From Paramoeba atlantica (lineage: Eukaryota; Protista; Discosea): 64,000 nucleotides of DNA. This document shows positions 1 through 11,455 of the stretch, piece after piece. Position 1 is the stretch's first letter; every line of letters begins with the position of its first letter. Where the stretch lies: NCBI GenBank assembly GCA_977017575.1, contig CDRNVI010000020.1, positions 186,001 to 250,000 on the forward strand. Reading direction: 5' to 3'. The notes beneath the pieces were generated by a model. It saw only the letters and a list, made by a program, of their open reading frames with translations. It was not told the DNA's origin and did no database searches. A program made the translations under genes and the position numbers.

Positions 1-2
1 CC

Positions 3-236
3 GGCGCGCAAATATTCGTATATTGTCGGGATAATCACAAAATGCTTGGGCGTGTACGCGCCTTTGACCGACACATGAACCTCATTATGGATAATGTTCA
101 AGAAATCTGGGTTGAACGAGATAAAAGCAGTACTCGAGGTGTCCCAAAACGAAGATCCCTTTCTAAAGTTTTTGTGCGGGGTGATAACGTAATTCTTGTC
201 GTAAAGAATCCACAGGCCGCAAAGCCCGCTTCGTGA
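3..236 (+). CDS. SmD2: Sm D2 snRNP core protein, 5'-truncated by the window edge
   Basis: Frame is open from position 3: GAQIFVYCRDNHKMLGRVRAFDRHMNL...SKVFVRGDNVILVVKNP. This matches the SmD2 Sm1 (CRxNxKxLGRVxAFDRH) and Sm2 (RGDxV) motifs. Confidence 0.85.
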   Translation, partial: GAQIFVYCRDNHKMLGRVRAFDRHMNLIMDNVQEIWVERDKSSTRGVPKRRSLSKVFVRGDNVILVVKNPQAAKPAS

Positions 237-703
237 TCTACTTCCATTGTAAGAGGGTCTAAAAAATACGGCACTGAACAAGGAAGACTATCATGCCATC
301 TTTTGATGTGCAGTAAAAGTGATTTCTGAAATTCTCGATTGCTATAAATACAGTAGAACTGATCACGTTTCCCGTAGAAGTTCGTTTTATGATTACATTA
401 TTTTGTTTTTTTCTACGCTACTGCATCCCGAAAACGTAATGCGTAAAGCATAAAGATTACTCCGGCCTGTGAAATAGATAAGTCGCTTTGATGTCGTACT
501 GATAGCAGCACCTGCCATTTATGCTTCGCATTTCGTTGACAAAATTATTGTTTTTTTAAATAGGTTCGCCTCTTTCACACTCTTGATGTGTCCTCTTTAA
601 ATCGGGCAGCAGCATAATCTTCTTAACCAAAAAACCTTTCTTAATAAACTTTGTCCCCATTACAGATTCTTCTTCTACCCCTTTTATCCTTCCTCACCCC
701 TCC

Positions 704-1600
704 ATGGTCTCCCGCCACCACGAACACATCTCCCTCGCCGGTCTCCGCCGTGACGGACGACGCCTCACCGAGTGGCGCGACACCTCTCTCTCCCTCGGCA
801 TCCTCCACACCGCCGACGGCAGCTGTGCGCTCGACCTCGGGGGCACCAAAGTCGTCGCCGCCGTCTACGGCCCCAAAGCCACCGAGCCCCTCAGCCTCTC
901 CGCCGCAGCCTCCGGCGCCGTAGTCAGCACCGCAACCACAACCCTCCCCCCTGCCGCACTACACCCCCGGGCGGGGGGTTCCTCTTCTTCAACCTCTACT
1001 TCTACTTCCCCTATGGATGAACCCCCCACCCCCGGGGCCCTCCTCCTCACCTGTGACCTTGTCTTTGCCAGCTCTCGCGCAAACACCGGGTCACGTGGGG
1101 GGCTGTACTCCACTACGAGTAGCAGTGGTGGTGGTGGTGGTAGCCGAGACCGGCTGCTGGCCCAGGCGGTCCTCGACACCCTCTCGGGGGCCATCCTCCG
1201 CGGGGCCTACCCCCACAGTACGCTGGACCTCCACATCCAGGTGCTCCAGGAGGAAGGGGGGGTGGAGGCGGCGGTGGTGAACGCCGCGGGGCTGGCGCTC
1301 CAGGACGCCGGGGTCCCGATGCGGGACCTCGTGGTGTCGGCCTCCGTGGTGGTGCTCGGGGAGCGGGTGGTGGTGGACCCGACCCGGGAGGAGGCCGCGG
1401 CGGGAAGGGGCGGGGGGTGGTACGTGTGCTACGGCCACACCCCGACGGAAGGGGTGAGTTTTCGGATGGGGGGAGGCGGGAGGGAGGGGGAGATGGGGAG
1501 GGTGTGGGAGACGGCGGTGGTGGCGTGTAAGAAGTTGGTGGTGTTTTTGGATAAAAGGTTGAGGGATTATACGAAGGGGAAGTGTGGGGAGATGGAGTGA
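704..1600 (+). CDS. RRP41: Exosome RNase PH-like subunit, Rrp41 type
   Basis: RRDGRR, ADGSCALDLGGTKVVAAVYGP and YPHSTLDLHIQVLQEEGG are RNase PH/Rrp41 motifs. There is a low-complexity Ser/Thr/Gly insertion in the middle. Confidence 0.8.
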   Translation: MVSRHHEHISLAGLRRDGRRLTEWRDTSLSLGILHTADGSCALDLGGTKVVAAVYGPKATEPLSLSAAASGAVVSTATTTLPPAALHPRAGGSSSSTSTSTSPMDEPPTPGALLLTCDLVFASSRANTGSRGGLYSTTSSSGGGGGSRDRLLAQAVLDTLSGAILRGAYPHSTLDLHIQVLQEEGGVEAAVVNAAGLALQDAGVPMRDLVVSASVVVLGERVVVDPTREEAAAGRGGGWYVCYGHTPTEGVSFRMGGGGREGEMGRVWETAVVACKKLVVFLDKRLRDYTKGKCGEME

Positions 1601-1818
1601 CAGGGGTGGGGATATATGGTGATACAGCATGTACGTAATGAGAGATAACATTTTCCTCTTTGTTTTTCATTTCTTTTCATAATGAGTGAGAATCAGGTGA
1701 ACTAGCGTATTTTATGATTCGTTCATTCATGTCATATTTGGTTTTTATATGAGGAGAGTAAATTGATGTCTGATCGTTGTGACGTGTTCGCCACCTACTG
1801 GTAAGTTGTATCACGAAT

Positions 1819-3456
1819 ATGGCGGCGTGTTCTCTACCTTGCACGAATCAGAAATGGGAGTGTCGTCCTCAGGAGACTGGAACAATTTCTGTTCCTAAAA
1901 CAAACAGTGAGTTTACGGGCTTTTCTTCTCACCTTCGCATCCATAACGGGAAATTTTTGAATTCTTACAACACACATTGGGGCGTTCTACGCAGAAATAC
2001 GCTAGAAATTTATAAAGGGTCGAATGGAATGACACCGTATTTAAAGCTTCCTCTGGCTGGCTCTTCCATATCAGTCCGAGATGAGAAAACATTCGTCTTA
2101 TGCGTCCCTTTGCGTAAATCAAAGCTCCGCTTACGGGTCACCGATGAAGCACTGTTGTGCTCGTGGGTCAGCTCTCTCCGAACCGCAATTGCTGACTCGA
2201 ATTTATATTTATTGGACTTTCCTTCTCAGGGACAAATGCACGAGAATAGCGTTCAGAGTGGGGATGAAAATTTGCATACGTCCCCTGACTTTGAAAAAGC
2301 AATTGAGATGCGTCAAACTAAAATAGTGGAGGAATCAATTCATTCCAAAACCGAATGCGTTAACCAGAAGCAACCCATGCCAACACATTCACTAACTCCG
2401 TTTAGTCATCACAGCTTGGGGAGAAATAATAAAATCAGTCAAGCGGCTTGCCATCACAAAATTTCATTACAAGATTTCGAACCCCTCGGTATATTAGGCG
2501 AAGGCAGCTTTGGAAAAGTCTTTAAAGTTCAACACAAAACCACACACCGCATCAGCGCGCTCAAAATCATCCGCAAATCCGAATCTCTCGACCTTAAGCT
2601 CATTCTCTCCGAACGGCAAATCCTTCTCCAGCTCCGTCATCCCTTCCTCATCCGCCTCGAGGCCGCGTTCCAGACGCCCCAAAAATTATGTTTCCTCATG
2701 CCCTACCTCCCCAACGGCTCCCTTAGCCGTTTCCTCACCCATCATCGACGTCTCCCGGAGCCCACTACTGCCCTCTACGCGGCACAGCTCCTCTGTGCGC
2801 TCTCCCATCTCCACTCCCACGGGATTATCTATCGCGATCTTAAACCCGACAATGTGGTTTTTAATTCCGAAGGGCACTGTGTGCTTACGGACATGGGACT
2901 CGCTCGCACGCTGTTGCTCGAGGAGGCGCAGCAGGCGTACACGTTCTGTGGCACCCCGCTGTATCTCGCGCCGGAGGTGATTCGACGAAAAGGCTATGGG
3001 CCCGGGGTGGACTACTGGGCCCTCGGGGTCATGGTGTATGAAATGCTCCTGGGGTCCCCTCCGTTTGGGGGAAGTACCCCGGGGGAGGTTTTTGCGAAAA
3101 TTATAGCGGAACCGGTGGCACTGCCGATTGGGGTGTTGTCGCCTGCCGCATGTGATTTGTTACGACTGTTGCTGCGGAAGAATCCGATGAAAAGGGTTAC
3201 GGGGGCGAGTTTGTTGAAAAAACATGCTTTTTTTCAGGGCATCGATTGGGAGGGGCTGAGTAGAGTTAGTAGGGTACCGGGGGACGGAGCAGCACCGGAG
3301 GGAGTGCTGGAGCCTATGACCGCATCCGGGTTGAGGCAGTGGAGGGAGGAGGTGGTACTGTCACGGAGTGGCTCGGGTACCACGGAGGTGTTGGGATTTA
3401 CCTATGAGGCAGAGGAAGAGGAAGAAAGTGGATGCAAAGAGGAAGAAAAAGTGTAG
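1819..3456 (+). CDS. AGC-family Ser/Thr kinase with N-terminal PH domain (RAC/PKB/S6K-like)
   Basis: PH-like N-terminus ending in WVSSLR. Kinase motifs: GEGSFGKV, ALK, YRDLKPDN, DMG (DFG variant), FCGTPLYLAPE, DYWALG, HAFF. Confidence 0.9.
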   Translation: MAACSLPCTNQKWECRPQETGTISVPKTNSEFTGFSSHLRIHNGKFLNSYNTHWGVLRRNTLEIYKGSNGMTPYLKLPLAGSSISVRDEKTFVLCVPLRKSKLRLRVTDEALLCSWVSSLRTAIADSNLYLLDFPSQGQMHENSVQSGDENLHTSPDFEKAIEMRQTKIVEESIHSKTECVNQKQPMPTHSLTPFSHHSLGRNNKISQAACHHKISLQDFEPLGILGEGSFGKVFKVQHKTTHRISALKIIRKSESLDLKLILSERQILLQLRHPFLIRLEAAFQTPQKLCFLMPYLPNGSLSRFLTHHRRLPEPTTALYAAQLLCALSHLHSHGIIYRDLKPDNVVFNSEGHCVLTDMGLARTLLLEEAQQAYTFCGTPLYLAPEVIRRKGYGPGVDYWALGVMVYEMLLGSPPFGGSTPGEVFAKIIAEPVALPIGVLSPAACDLLRLLLRKNPMKRVTGASLLKKHAFFQGIDWEGLSRVSRVPGDGAAPEGVLEPMTASGLRQWREEVVLSRSGSGTTEVLGFTYEAEEEEESGCKEEEKV

Positions 3457-3865
3457 AGGAAGAGGAGAACAGATACGTGTAGGATCACGATAAAGTAGAC
3501 AGGTGTCAGTTCTTTGTACAGTGTAGATGGGACTAGAGACTGCGTGTTTTGATGCTCTGTTGAGCACGCAACAAAGAAAGCATCTAACGTTAGACGGTTA
3601 AGGAGATCTCTGTGAATGTACATTTTGCGCTTTTCGTAATGTAGTACTTCAAGCAAAAGGTTAATAAAGCTAGGTTTTCCGCCGTACAGATAAGGACCGA
3701 AAGCTCAGTGAAAAACGCTGAATAAGAAACTTCTTTTTCTATTTACTGTGCCGGGGTACCCCCCACTTATAGTGCCGTTTAGAAGAAAACAAATTGTCTG
3801 AAAAATAAATTGCACAATTTTTTTTACCAAAAAGGTAGAGTAAATGTAGCGTAATATTTTCTTTT

Positions 3866-5017
3866 ATGGAAATCATTGAAACTTTATTAATAGTTCCCTT
3901 TATCCTTTCAATGACTGTCGATTCGAACGAGAACGAGACGCTAGACAAAGCGCACACTCGTGGATCGGCGATTTCAGGTCCTTTACGAAGCTCACTTATT
4001 CGGGTCTCTTCCAAAACCCTTCTAGTCTTTGACAGTTTAATACAACACGCTCCTCGTGCAGCAATGGACAACTTAAATCGCTTTGTGGAAACCTTAAAAT
4101 TATCGCACGAACGATATCATCGACTACAGGTCACATATGTTGATTGCGTGCAACAAGCTCCTGGAAACAATGACTGTTCTTTGCACGTCGTAAATAATTT
4201 ATATACAGGGGGGTGCACGAAAATATGGGGGGGGGGGTCAAAATTCTTATAACTCGCCCAATTTCGGAAAATAATAGCGCATTCGAGAGCTCTCACAGAG
4301 TTACATGTCATGTGATAATGCGTTTCCCGCATTTTTAAATTTTTTAAACAATTTAAAAAAATCATAATTTTTCAAAGTGCAAAATTCTGCAGTTTTTTGA
4401 AAAAAATGCTTTTTTTTGTGAATTCATCGACGTTTTTGATCCTAATACAGTACTATGCCCCAGAAAAGGTCATATTCGAATAATAAAAAGGTGCAGAAAC
4501 GGAGTAGATTTTGTTATTCGCCTTGTGGGCAACTTAGAGCGTCTCACAGGATACTCTTGGTTAAAATATTCTCGATTCTGATATGGACGAGCATAAAAAC
4601 TCGCTTTGTCCAACGAATCGTACAGATTTGAGACGAGCGATCGCTTCTGGGGTCGAAAAATTAAAAGGGGCGCAATACGATGTATTTTTGAGGACTTTAG
4701 AGAGTGTTCCAACGCGTGTAAAAATTGTGTTGGAGAAAAAAGGTGGAAATTGTGGATACTAACTTTTTTTTACCGGAAAAAAAACTTGCAGTTGCCCTTT
4801 TTACGGTATTCAGGAGAATGCATATACCTGGAAACTACGTAAAACGTAATATCACATGACACGTAACTCTGTGAGAGCTCTCGAATGCGCTATTATTTTC
4901 CAAAATTGGCCGAATTATAAGAATTTTGACCCCCCCCATATTTTCGTGCACCCCCCTATGAACTTCTTCTCCAGTGATACTCCAGTCATTAGTCGGAAAA
5001 CTGCAAAGGAATCTTAG
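3866..5017 (+). pseudogene. Ulp1/C48 protease domain relic interrupted by a MITE
   Basis: LLVFDSL...VQQAPGNNDCSLHVVNNL resembles LTVYDSY...LQQEPMLNECGLHVVNNL at 62761-63138. Removing the MITE at the TA restores ...VVNNLYMNFFSSDTPVISRKTAKES*. Confidence 0.6.
4206..4958. mobile_element. Tc1/mariner-type MITE, family A, copy 1
   Basis: TIRs of about 120 bp beginning CAGGGGGGTGCACGAAAATATGGGGG, TA target site, non-coding interior. Near-identical to 30654-31178. Confidence 0.85.
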
Positions 5018-5353
5018 TATCCATAGGGTTCATATGTTATATTAAAGCCCCAACTGTTCGGCTCGAGGGCACGACCGTTCAGCAGAAAAAAAGAGACCCA
5101 AGAGGCGACTCTAAAGTGGGCGGTCGTCAATAAAAAAAGAAAAACAAAAAAGAAGAAAAAAAAGAAATACAAAAAAAAGTAAAAATGAAAAACAAGTTTG
5201 ATATAGGATAAATGGGGAGGGCACCCCACCTATATCACAAGACCCGGACACACAATACATAAAGTATTGTATGTATGTAATCTTTGAAATTATTCGTTTG
5301 ACTGTCGTAAATGGATTCTCTTTTTGTGTTTGGCGATGGATTCTATACCTTTT

Positions 5354-5424
5354 GGTTCGCTGGTGTGTTCGCTGGTCCGCTGTGTTCGCTGGTTCAGTGA
5401 ACAAAATAGCGAACACAGCGAACC
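5354..5424. repeat. GGTTCGCT motif cluster (direct and inverted copies), similar to 8355-8413
   Basis: Tandem (G/T)GTTCGCT(G) units followed by inverted AGCGAAC copies. Confidence 0.6.
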
Positions 5425-5760
5425 ACTTAACGCGGATCTTCAGGTGTTAAACTTCAAGATGGTCGAAAGCATTACAGAAACAGTATCTCTATCTCTAAAA
5501 CGATTATTTCCTTGCATGCATTAGTTTTCATCGCCCAAAGTATTTTTTTTGGTGTGCACCCCCCTAGGCCCACCGGAAGCCTACCCCCTAACACCACGGC
5601 GGTACCAATCTTGTACCGCCGCCTGAATAATCTGGGAATTACCCTTCTGGATTTTTATATTTTTTTTAATTTGTTTTTTGGCCAGTCGAGTTTATCCTCG
5701 TGCCTTGGCAAAGAAAGAAAAGAACAGTGAAGATACATCTTAATAAAAAAAATTGTAAGC

Positions 5761-8188
5761 TCAATCAACAATTGCATTGATTTGAGGATCCAAACGTTTA
5801 ATATTGCAGTGTACGAAAATATACACTGCCATCTTTTCCGGAGACATACTAGCCTATCGACTGCAGTACTTATGTCCCATTACGGGAGGCACTGAATCAC
5901 ATTCTGTAACTATCGGCCGAACCCAGAGGTAACATCGTGCTGCGCGATATATTTCCGGGTACCTAAGTTTTCCTGTCTCTTCCCACCAAGTCGCCGCTGT
6001 GTACTTCGGTGTAGCGCGCCAACCATAATCTTCACACGTAAGAAAATCATTAAATTCGTTATCCGATATCGAAAACATCGGAGTGCCAGTTCGCAACATG
6101 TCATTCATTATTTCAGTACTAGGAGGAGAAGTCAAGAAAGACCCATCAGAGTTCCGGACTGACCACTGGATATACATAGGATTTAACCATTGTACATTCA
6201 TAAAAAAATCCCAGAGATGATGCCGGCGAACGCGATCTCGATGGCCCAAAATTGCTTCTATTACCTGTTCATTATACGACATTTGCTTGCGAAGGTTGTT
6301 TATAACAGGGAAAACACTAAGCACTCTCGGAGTGCCTGTGACGTCAGAAAAAAGTTCCAAAGCATTTTTTATGGGGGCGCACTGCTTTAAGAATTCGTTC
6401 GCCTGATTGATGATAGCCTGGATTGATCCTTCGGTTTTTAAGCACTCCCAGCATTGCTCTATTGAAGCAGACGGTTTCTTACTCTTACGGCAGTGCGCCT
6501 CCACTAGTCGGGCTATCGTCGGAGCCTTGTTGGCAATGTAGCTAATTGAGGTAAACTTATCCAATACCCATCGAGTCACACCCCAAAGCTTGGGGGATCC
6601 ATGAACAGGAGCTTTGTGCGCCTTGTCGAGACCTTCTAAAATTTCGGGGACCAGGGCTTTTGAGACTTCTTATTTTTGCTCACACGTTGCAGTCGAAATT
6701 AGAGCGTTGTAAAGTTCCACACCGGGAGTTTCAACGAAACGTTTCAAGAGAGAAACTGCGCTTGTCAAAGAAATCAATTTTTTTTTCTTTCTCGACATCT
6801 CCTAAACCATGTCCCACCAAAAGGCTGTAGTAGGATTAAACAGTTTTTGCGGCCTTATGGACGTCGCCACCAAGTTCTTCAAGACGCAAGTCCAGAGCTA
6901 TACCCCGAAATTCACCTTTCCGAGCTGAAGTTTCCGCTCCACTATAGAAAGTATTAGTGAAATATTTACGAAGTAGAAAGAGGTTCGTAGTGTTCCAACT
7001 CTCTAGTGCCGACTTCGCAACTTGGTTGAAAAAATGGCTGATGCATAGCACCAGCGCCAACCGCTGAGTGCAAGGTGCGTTGACGTCTCCCTGTAGTTGA
7101 GCAATTGATCCTTGAACCGCATTCCTCATTGATGAGAAATCGCTCTCACCCAAAATGCCCAATCGTCGATACAATTCGCCAAGTTCGTTCTCAGCCTCCT
7201 GCCGGGCCACATGATTGACGGCAGCCCCATCTACTATGAGGTAGGCCCATTTTCGCAGACGTTGCGCCCCTAAACGGCGGCGAAGATCATCAACAATTTG
7301 TGCACCGATCTGGACACCATTAAATGCGCCATGTTTTTCGTGATACATAGGCGGAAGTACCCAATGATGAGGACCTACATAGAGCACCTCTACCATGATG
7401 TGTTCACCGAGAACCTGATCCGTGCCTCCGTCCAAAGCAATACCAAACAATTCGTAGCTGTCAATTAACTCATGTATTTGACGCCATATTTTAGCTTCTA
7501 AGACGGACATGTCGGTTTCCAAAGTGCTCATGTCCTTTGGCATTCCCCGTAGAATATCGTCTCTCTGCGCGCTGTACGGCCACCGTTGCCCAATTTGTTC
7601 TGCAATGTGTAATGCAACTGAAAGAGGAATATTAGTTGATGCGACAATAACGGGGAAATCACTATGCCAAAATTCAAATGGAGTCTTTTCCTCTTGCACT
7701 AGTGTTACTGATTTTTTCGAAGTCCCAGGACAGACATGATTCAGGTGGCGATTGTAAGTAGACTCACAGTGTGAGTGAAATACTTCGGCACAGCGCCTAC
7801 AGCGGAGATGAATAAAATGATTAGATTGATCTCGCACAGCAAGATCATCGCACTTGTTCCTTTTCTCTGCAGAAAGGCAGATGACATCCGCAGCACAGAC
7901 TTCATCTACAAAGTTTTCTTTGATCCAGTGGAGCCGGAGCAAGGCGGGCCCTCCCCTCTTTCTCTTCGAAGTTCGACGGGGGGTCACAAGAGAGACATCC
8001 AGAGTTGTCTGACTCGGAGCTTCCGCCCTACGCTCTGCCAGTGTATTCGCCGCTTCTCGTTGAGCACTAGCGGTCGCTAAAGGTGTGTTTGAATGCGCTG
8101 GCGACAGTACATTAGAGTCGTTCAGGGAGGAAAATGTAAGCGGCAGTTCTGGAACCTCTTCCTGTGATATAACACGTCTTCGACCCAT
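5761..8188 (-). pseudogene. hAT-superfamily transposase pseudogene
   Basis: BED-like CRRC..H..C; first Asp in GIALDGGTD; second Asp in IVDGAAVN; CxxH in LCISH; TRW motif; dimerisation-like WW..YPEIYRAARCYLWVRP.TE; tail SMSPEKMAVYIFVHCN. Broken by TAA at 6836, a frameshift at the T9 run (~6778-6786), TAA at ~6674 and TAG at 5854. Confidence 0.8.
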
Positions 8189-8354
8189 AAGAAATTTAAA
8201 ATTTGGATAGAAAGATGAAGCTGTCTATTTTTTAAAGACGATTATTCCATGATGAATTACCCTAACTACATAAGGAAAAAAAGATAAGTTGAATATTGCT
8301 TTGTAACATCGAGTAAAACATTTCTACTGTGTGGTACTGTTTAGCACAAAAAGT

Positions 8355-8413
8355 GGTTCGCTTGGTTCGCTGGTGGTTCGCTGGTAGTTCAGTGGGTTCG
8401 CTGAACCAATAGC
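8355..8413. repeat. GGTTCGCT motif cluster, second copy
   Basis: Four GGTTCGCT units ending GAACCAATAGC, the same tail as the 5354 copy. Confidence 0.6.
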
Positions 8414-10132
8414 TATGGATTCCCCGATCGCATAGTTTACATTGATAATGTGTTTATGATAAGGCCCTAATATAGAGGGGAGGCAACTGGCTATTCTGCC
8501 GTATTCTGCCATATTCTGCCGATCGCTGTCTTATTCGGCCTTTCCGCCGCGAAATATATATATATATACATGTATATATTTTCGATGGGCATTTTGTTTT
8601 GCCTAAAAATCTTTCTCTTTCTCCTGTTTTTTATTACTTTTGTATTGTTGCCTTTACCTTTCACTCTTGGATTTACGTTCTTGCATCCTCATAAATAGTT
8701 TTTTCACCAATGTCCATTTTTCCCATTACGAATGATACGGAGTGCCTCGCATTTACGGGTTTTACATGCTCTCTGATAGCATCGTCTATGTTGGGTCCGG
8801 GACTTATAGTGCCGTTTGGTCGAAAACCGCGGCACTATAAGTGGGGGGGGGGGCACAGTAAGTTGTTTACATAAGCTTTTTTTCATATGAAGATATGTCT
8901 TATGAAGGTTCTGAATTTTTGCAGCACGTCTTTGACGAACTCTACTACTTCTGCGACTACTTTTACTTTTTACAAGAACGTATCGAATGTACATTCGCAA
9001 TCCAGTACAGTTCATGTCTGCCAAGGCCTATGCCATTGGACGTCATGTTCGAGGGAATCTCATCCGCGGCCGCTCCAACCCTGCCCAGCGAATGGTACAA
9101 GAAGCCTTTCGCCGTGTCAAACACAGCGACGTGCGTGATCTTGCTCGCGTAGGCCGCACCTGGACTCTACCCCACACTCAAGGCTCACATATCCCCCAGG
9201 AGAAAACGATCCGACTGAGCACGATGGGACGACTTCGTCTGCAGACGCTGGCCGCGAACAAGGAATATGCCCCGAAACGGTTTCAAGGGGATAACAGGCG
9301 GAAAAGTCGTCCCGGATGTGAAGCCCAGCCGTCCCAAGATCGTCGCGCATCGGGGGACAAACGCCGGGATCCGCTGTGTGACGATGTCAGCAACAACAGT
9401 TGTGTGAGTTCTCTCTCGAGGTTTACGGGAAGAAATCAGGTAGAAGATTGTACATTATCTCGGGGTTCCGTTAACAAAATCGCAAACACGAACTCTAGAG
9501 GTCAGACAGATGATTTTACAAGGTTGAACACTACGCTCTTGTAGTCTGAAGTATACGGTGCTGTTTTGAACGAGTGAGACTTAGAAATCCATTATCTCGT
9601 GTATACAGACGCTGCCAGTAACAAATCCTATACGCACGTTTTACGAGTGTGGGAGGACCGAGGAAGGCAACATCAAGGTATGCACGCATTGTTACGTTGG
9701 GTCCCAGGTCTTCCACAGTTATTGGCAATGTCTCTTGTATACCACCATTTTCAGGAAAGTGGATTGCCTCTGGAATACCACCCACTTTCTCAGAGATCTA
9801 CCCACATACTAGATACCACCCACATACTTCTCAGAACCCGGAGAGGAGAATTCATCTTAGAAGAACTCATCGTCAGCAGGCGGACGCATTGTACGGAGGA
9901 TAAATACGAAATCTAAAAAAATACGTTCCATCGTATTCTGAGATTTTTTTGCACTATTTTCGGAATTTATATTGCACCTGTAGCTAATTATTGTACCGCG
10001 GGTACATTAACCCGGACGGGAAGTTAGTAGTAGCCATAATAAAGTGTAGAAAGGGACTTATTCGATTCCCTCGCACAGTTTGGGCTGAAGTGTCTATCCG
10101 GCTGCACAGCGGACAAAAGTTACATCATTTTT

Positions 10133-11155
10133 ATGCCGATTGCTATGTACCGATTCCTTTTACTCCACTTTTTCATATTGCCAAGTAACTTTTCGTTTTT
10201 CTCCATATTCTTTAGACGCGCATTCACCTCCATGCTTTTTCTTTCGCTTCACACTTTCACAGTACTTTTTCTCACAATCTGCCCTGGACTTTCATCTCCT
10301 ATCATTGGAAGCTCTTCCTTACTTCATTCCATCACTTCGGTTGAAGCGGATCGTATTGTAGCGGACATTGCATATCACACAGACGCGGATTCCTCACAGA
10401 AGCTCTACCAGCGGTCCCTGCCAAGGTATGACCGTACCGTGCCTGATGAACCCCCGCCGCCAACTCTTGGAATTCTTAGCACTGTTTTCCATTTCTTCCT
10501 TAGTCTTATCATCCATCTATGCTGTTGCGTGTCCAGTGTCGGGTGCTTCCCCGTGTGCTCCGTCTCCACAGTATTTTCCTCCTCGATGGGAATTTTCGAC
10601 GGTGTCGTGGAGGGTGTAACCGAGTTAGTTACTGAATTTAACCAGATGATGGAGGGGATACGGGAAGTGTATTCCGAAGCCGAGCCTCCTCTTGCGCAAA
10701 AACAACCCCCGTCTACGGTGAAGAACCAGAGTACAATGCCATCTGAAATGCAGAGAACGAGTGACTCGGACGGGGACGAGAGCTCCACACTCGTAGATGA
10801 TAAACCTGTATTTGAAGGAGCATCACGAACACAACTAGAAACGACTCCGGACTACCTAGAGCCTCATGCTTCAGCTCCTTTACCCATTTTTTCATATTAC
10901 CCGGGTGGGTTTTCACCTCCCAAGCAACCTCAAAAAGGCCTTAAGTTGTATCCTCCGACGTCTGGTGGGGAAAATATGGAAACGACGGAACAGGTTCACC
11001 AGTTCGATTTTTCATCCATAAAAAAAAGTACAACTCATTCAACAGATCCTTCAGAAGTCGAACCAAAAGTAGAACTCGGGGACTGCCCAGGTACGGAGAC
11101 TAGCGCTCTATCCAGTGACGGAAGCGGATCATCGAATCCTGAAGAAGAGAACTAA
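10133..11155 (+). CDS. Hypothetical protein with signal peptide or membrane anchor (true start probably the Met at ~10233)
   Basis: 340-codon + strand ORF with hydrophobic N-terminus, a second hydrophobic segment and an acidic low-complexity C-terminus. Confidence 0.55.
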   Translation: MPIAMYRFLLLHFFILPSNFSFFSIFFRRAFTSMLFLSLHTFTVLFLTICPGLSSPIIGSSSLLHSITSVEADRIVADIAYHTDADSSQKLYQRSLPRYDRTVPDEPPPPTLGILSTVFHFFLSLIIHLCCCVSSVGCFPVCSVSTVFSSSMGIFDGVVEGVTELVTEFNQMMEGIREVYSEAEPPLAQKQPPSTVKNQSTMPSEMQRTSDSDGDESSTLVDDKPVFEGASRTQLETTPDYLEPHASAPLPIFSYYPGGFSPPKQPQKGLKLYPPTSGGENMETTEQVHQFDFSSIKKSTTHSTDPSEVEPKVELGDCPGTETSALSSDGSGSSNPEEEN

Positions 11156-11455
11156 TGGTTCGCTGGTTGCACTTCACTTCACTCTGCAGTAGGCGTGCAT
11201 TTATTTCTTATTTCACCACTTCCTCTCATAAAATATGTTGTGATGATGTGTTTTGTACAGACAATTGTAGTAAAAGGGATAAAGGTTCCACACTACCTAA
11301 AATTTATATAATTTAATAACGGCATGACTTGCATTGTATAGAATAGTGTATACCACTGCATTGCCTATTCTTTCTTTAGTAATTTTTATCCTCAGTATTT
11401 TCTATCAGTTAAAGCAAAATCAAGGATATTTGCTTGCCTAGACGAACATTATCCT

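Larger units (their letters stand above)
3746..8858. mobile_element. TIR-bounded composite non-autonomous element (CTGTG-C-run TIR family) containing nested insertions
   Basis: Left end TA|CTGTGCC...CCCCACTTATAGTGCCG at 3744-3777. Right end CGGCACTATAAGTGGGGGGGGGGGCACAG|TA at 8830-8860. Both flanks are TA. An extra inner TIR copy lies at 8802-8817. Confidence 0.65.

Noticed and set aside
5354-8413. tRNA genes or B-boxes from GGTTCG motifs
   Set aside because: GGTTCGCT lacks the GGTTCGANTCC consensus, and there is no A-box or cloverleaf.
8895-9916. GDPD gene (PKIVAHRG) or RNase H/RT relic (VYTDAAS)
   Set aside because: Only isolated short motifs in different frames with many stops and no supporting downstream motifs. 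Probably a decayed coding relic that I cannot assign.
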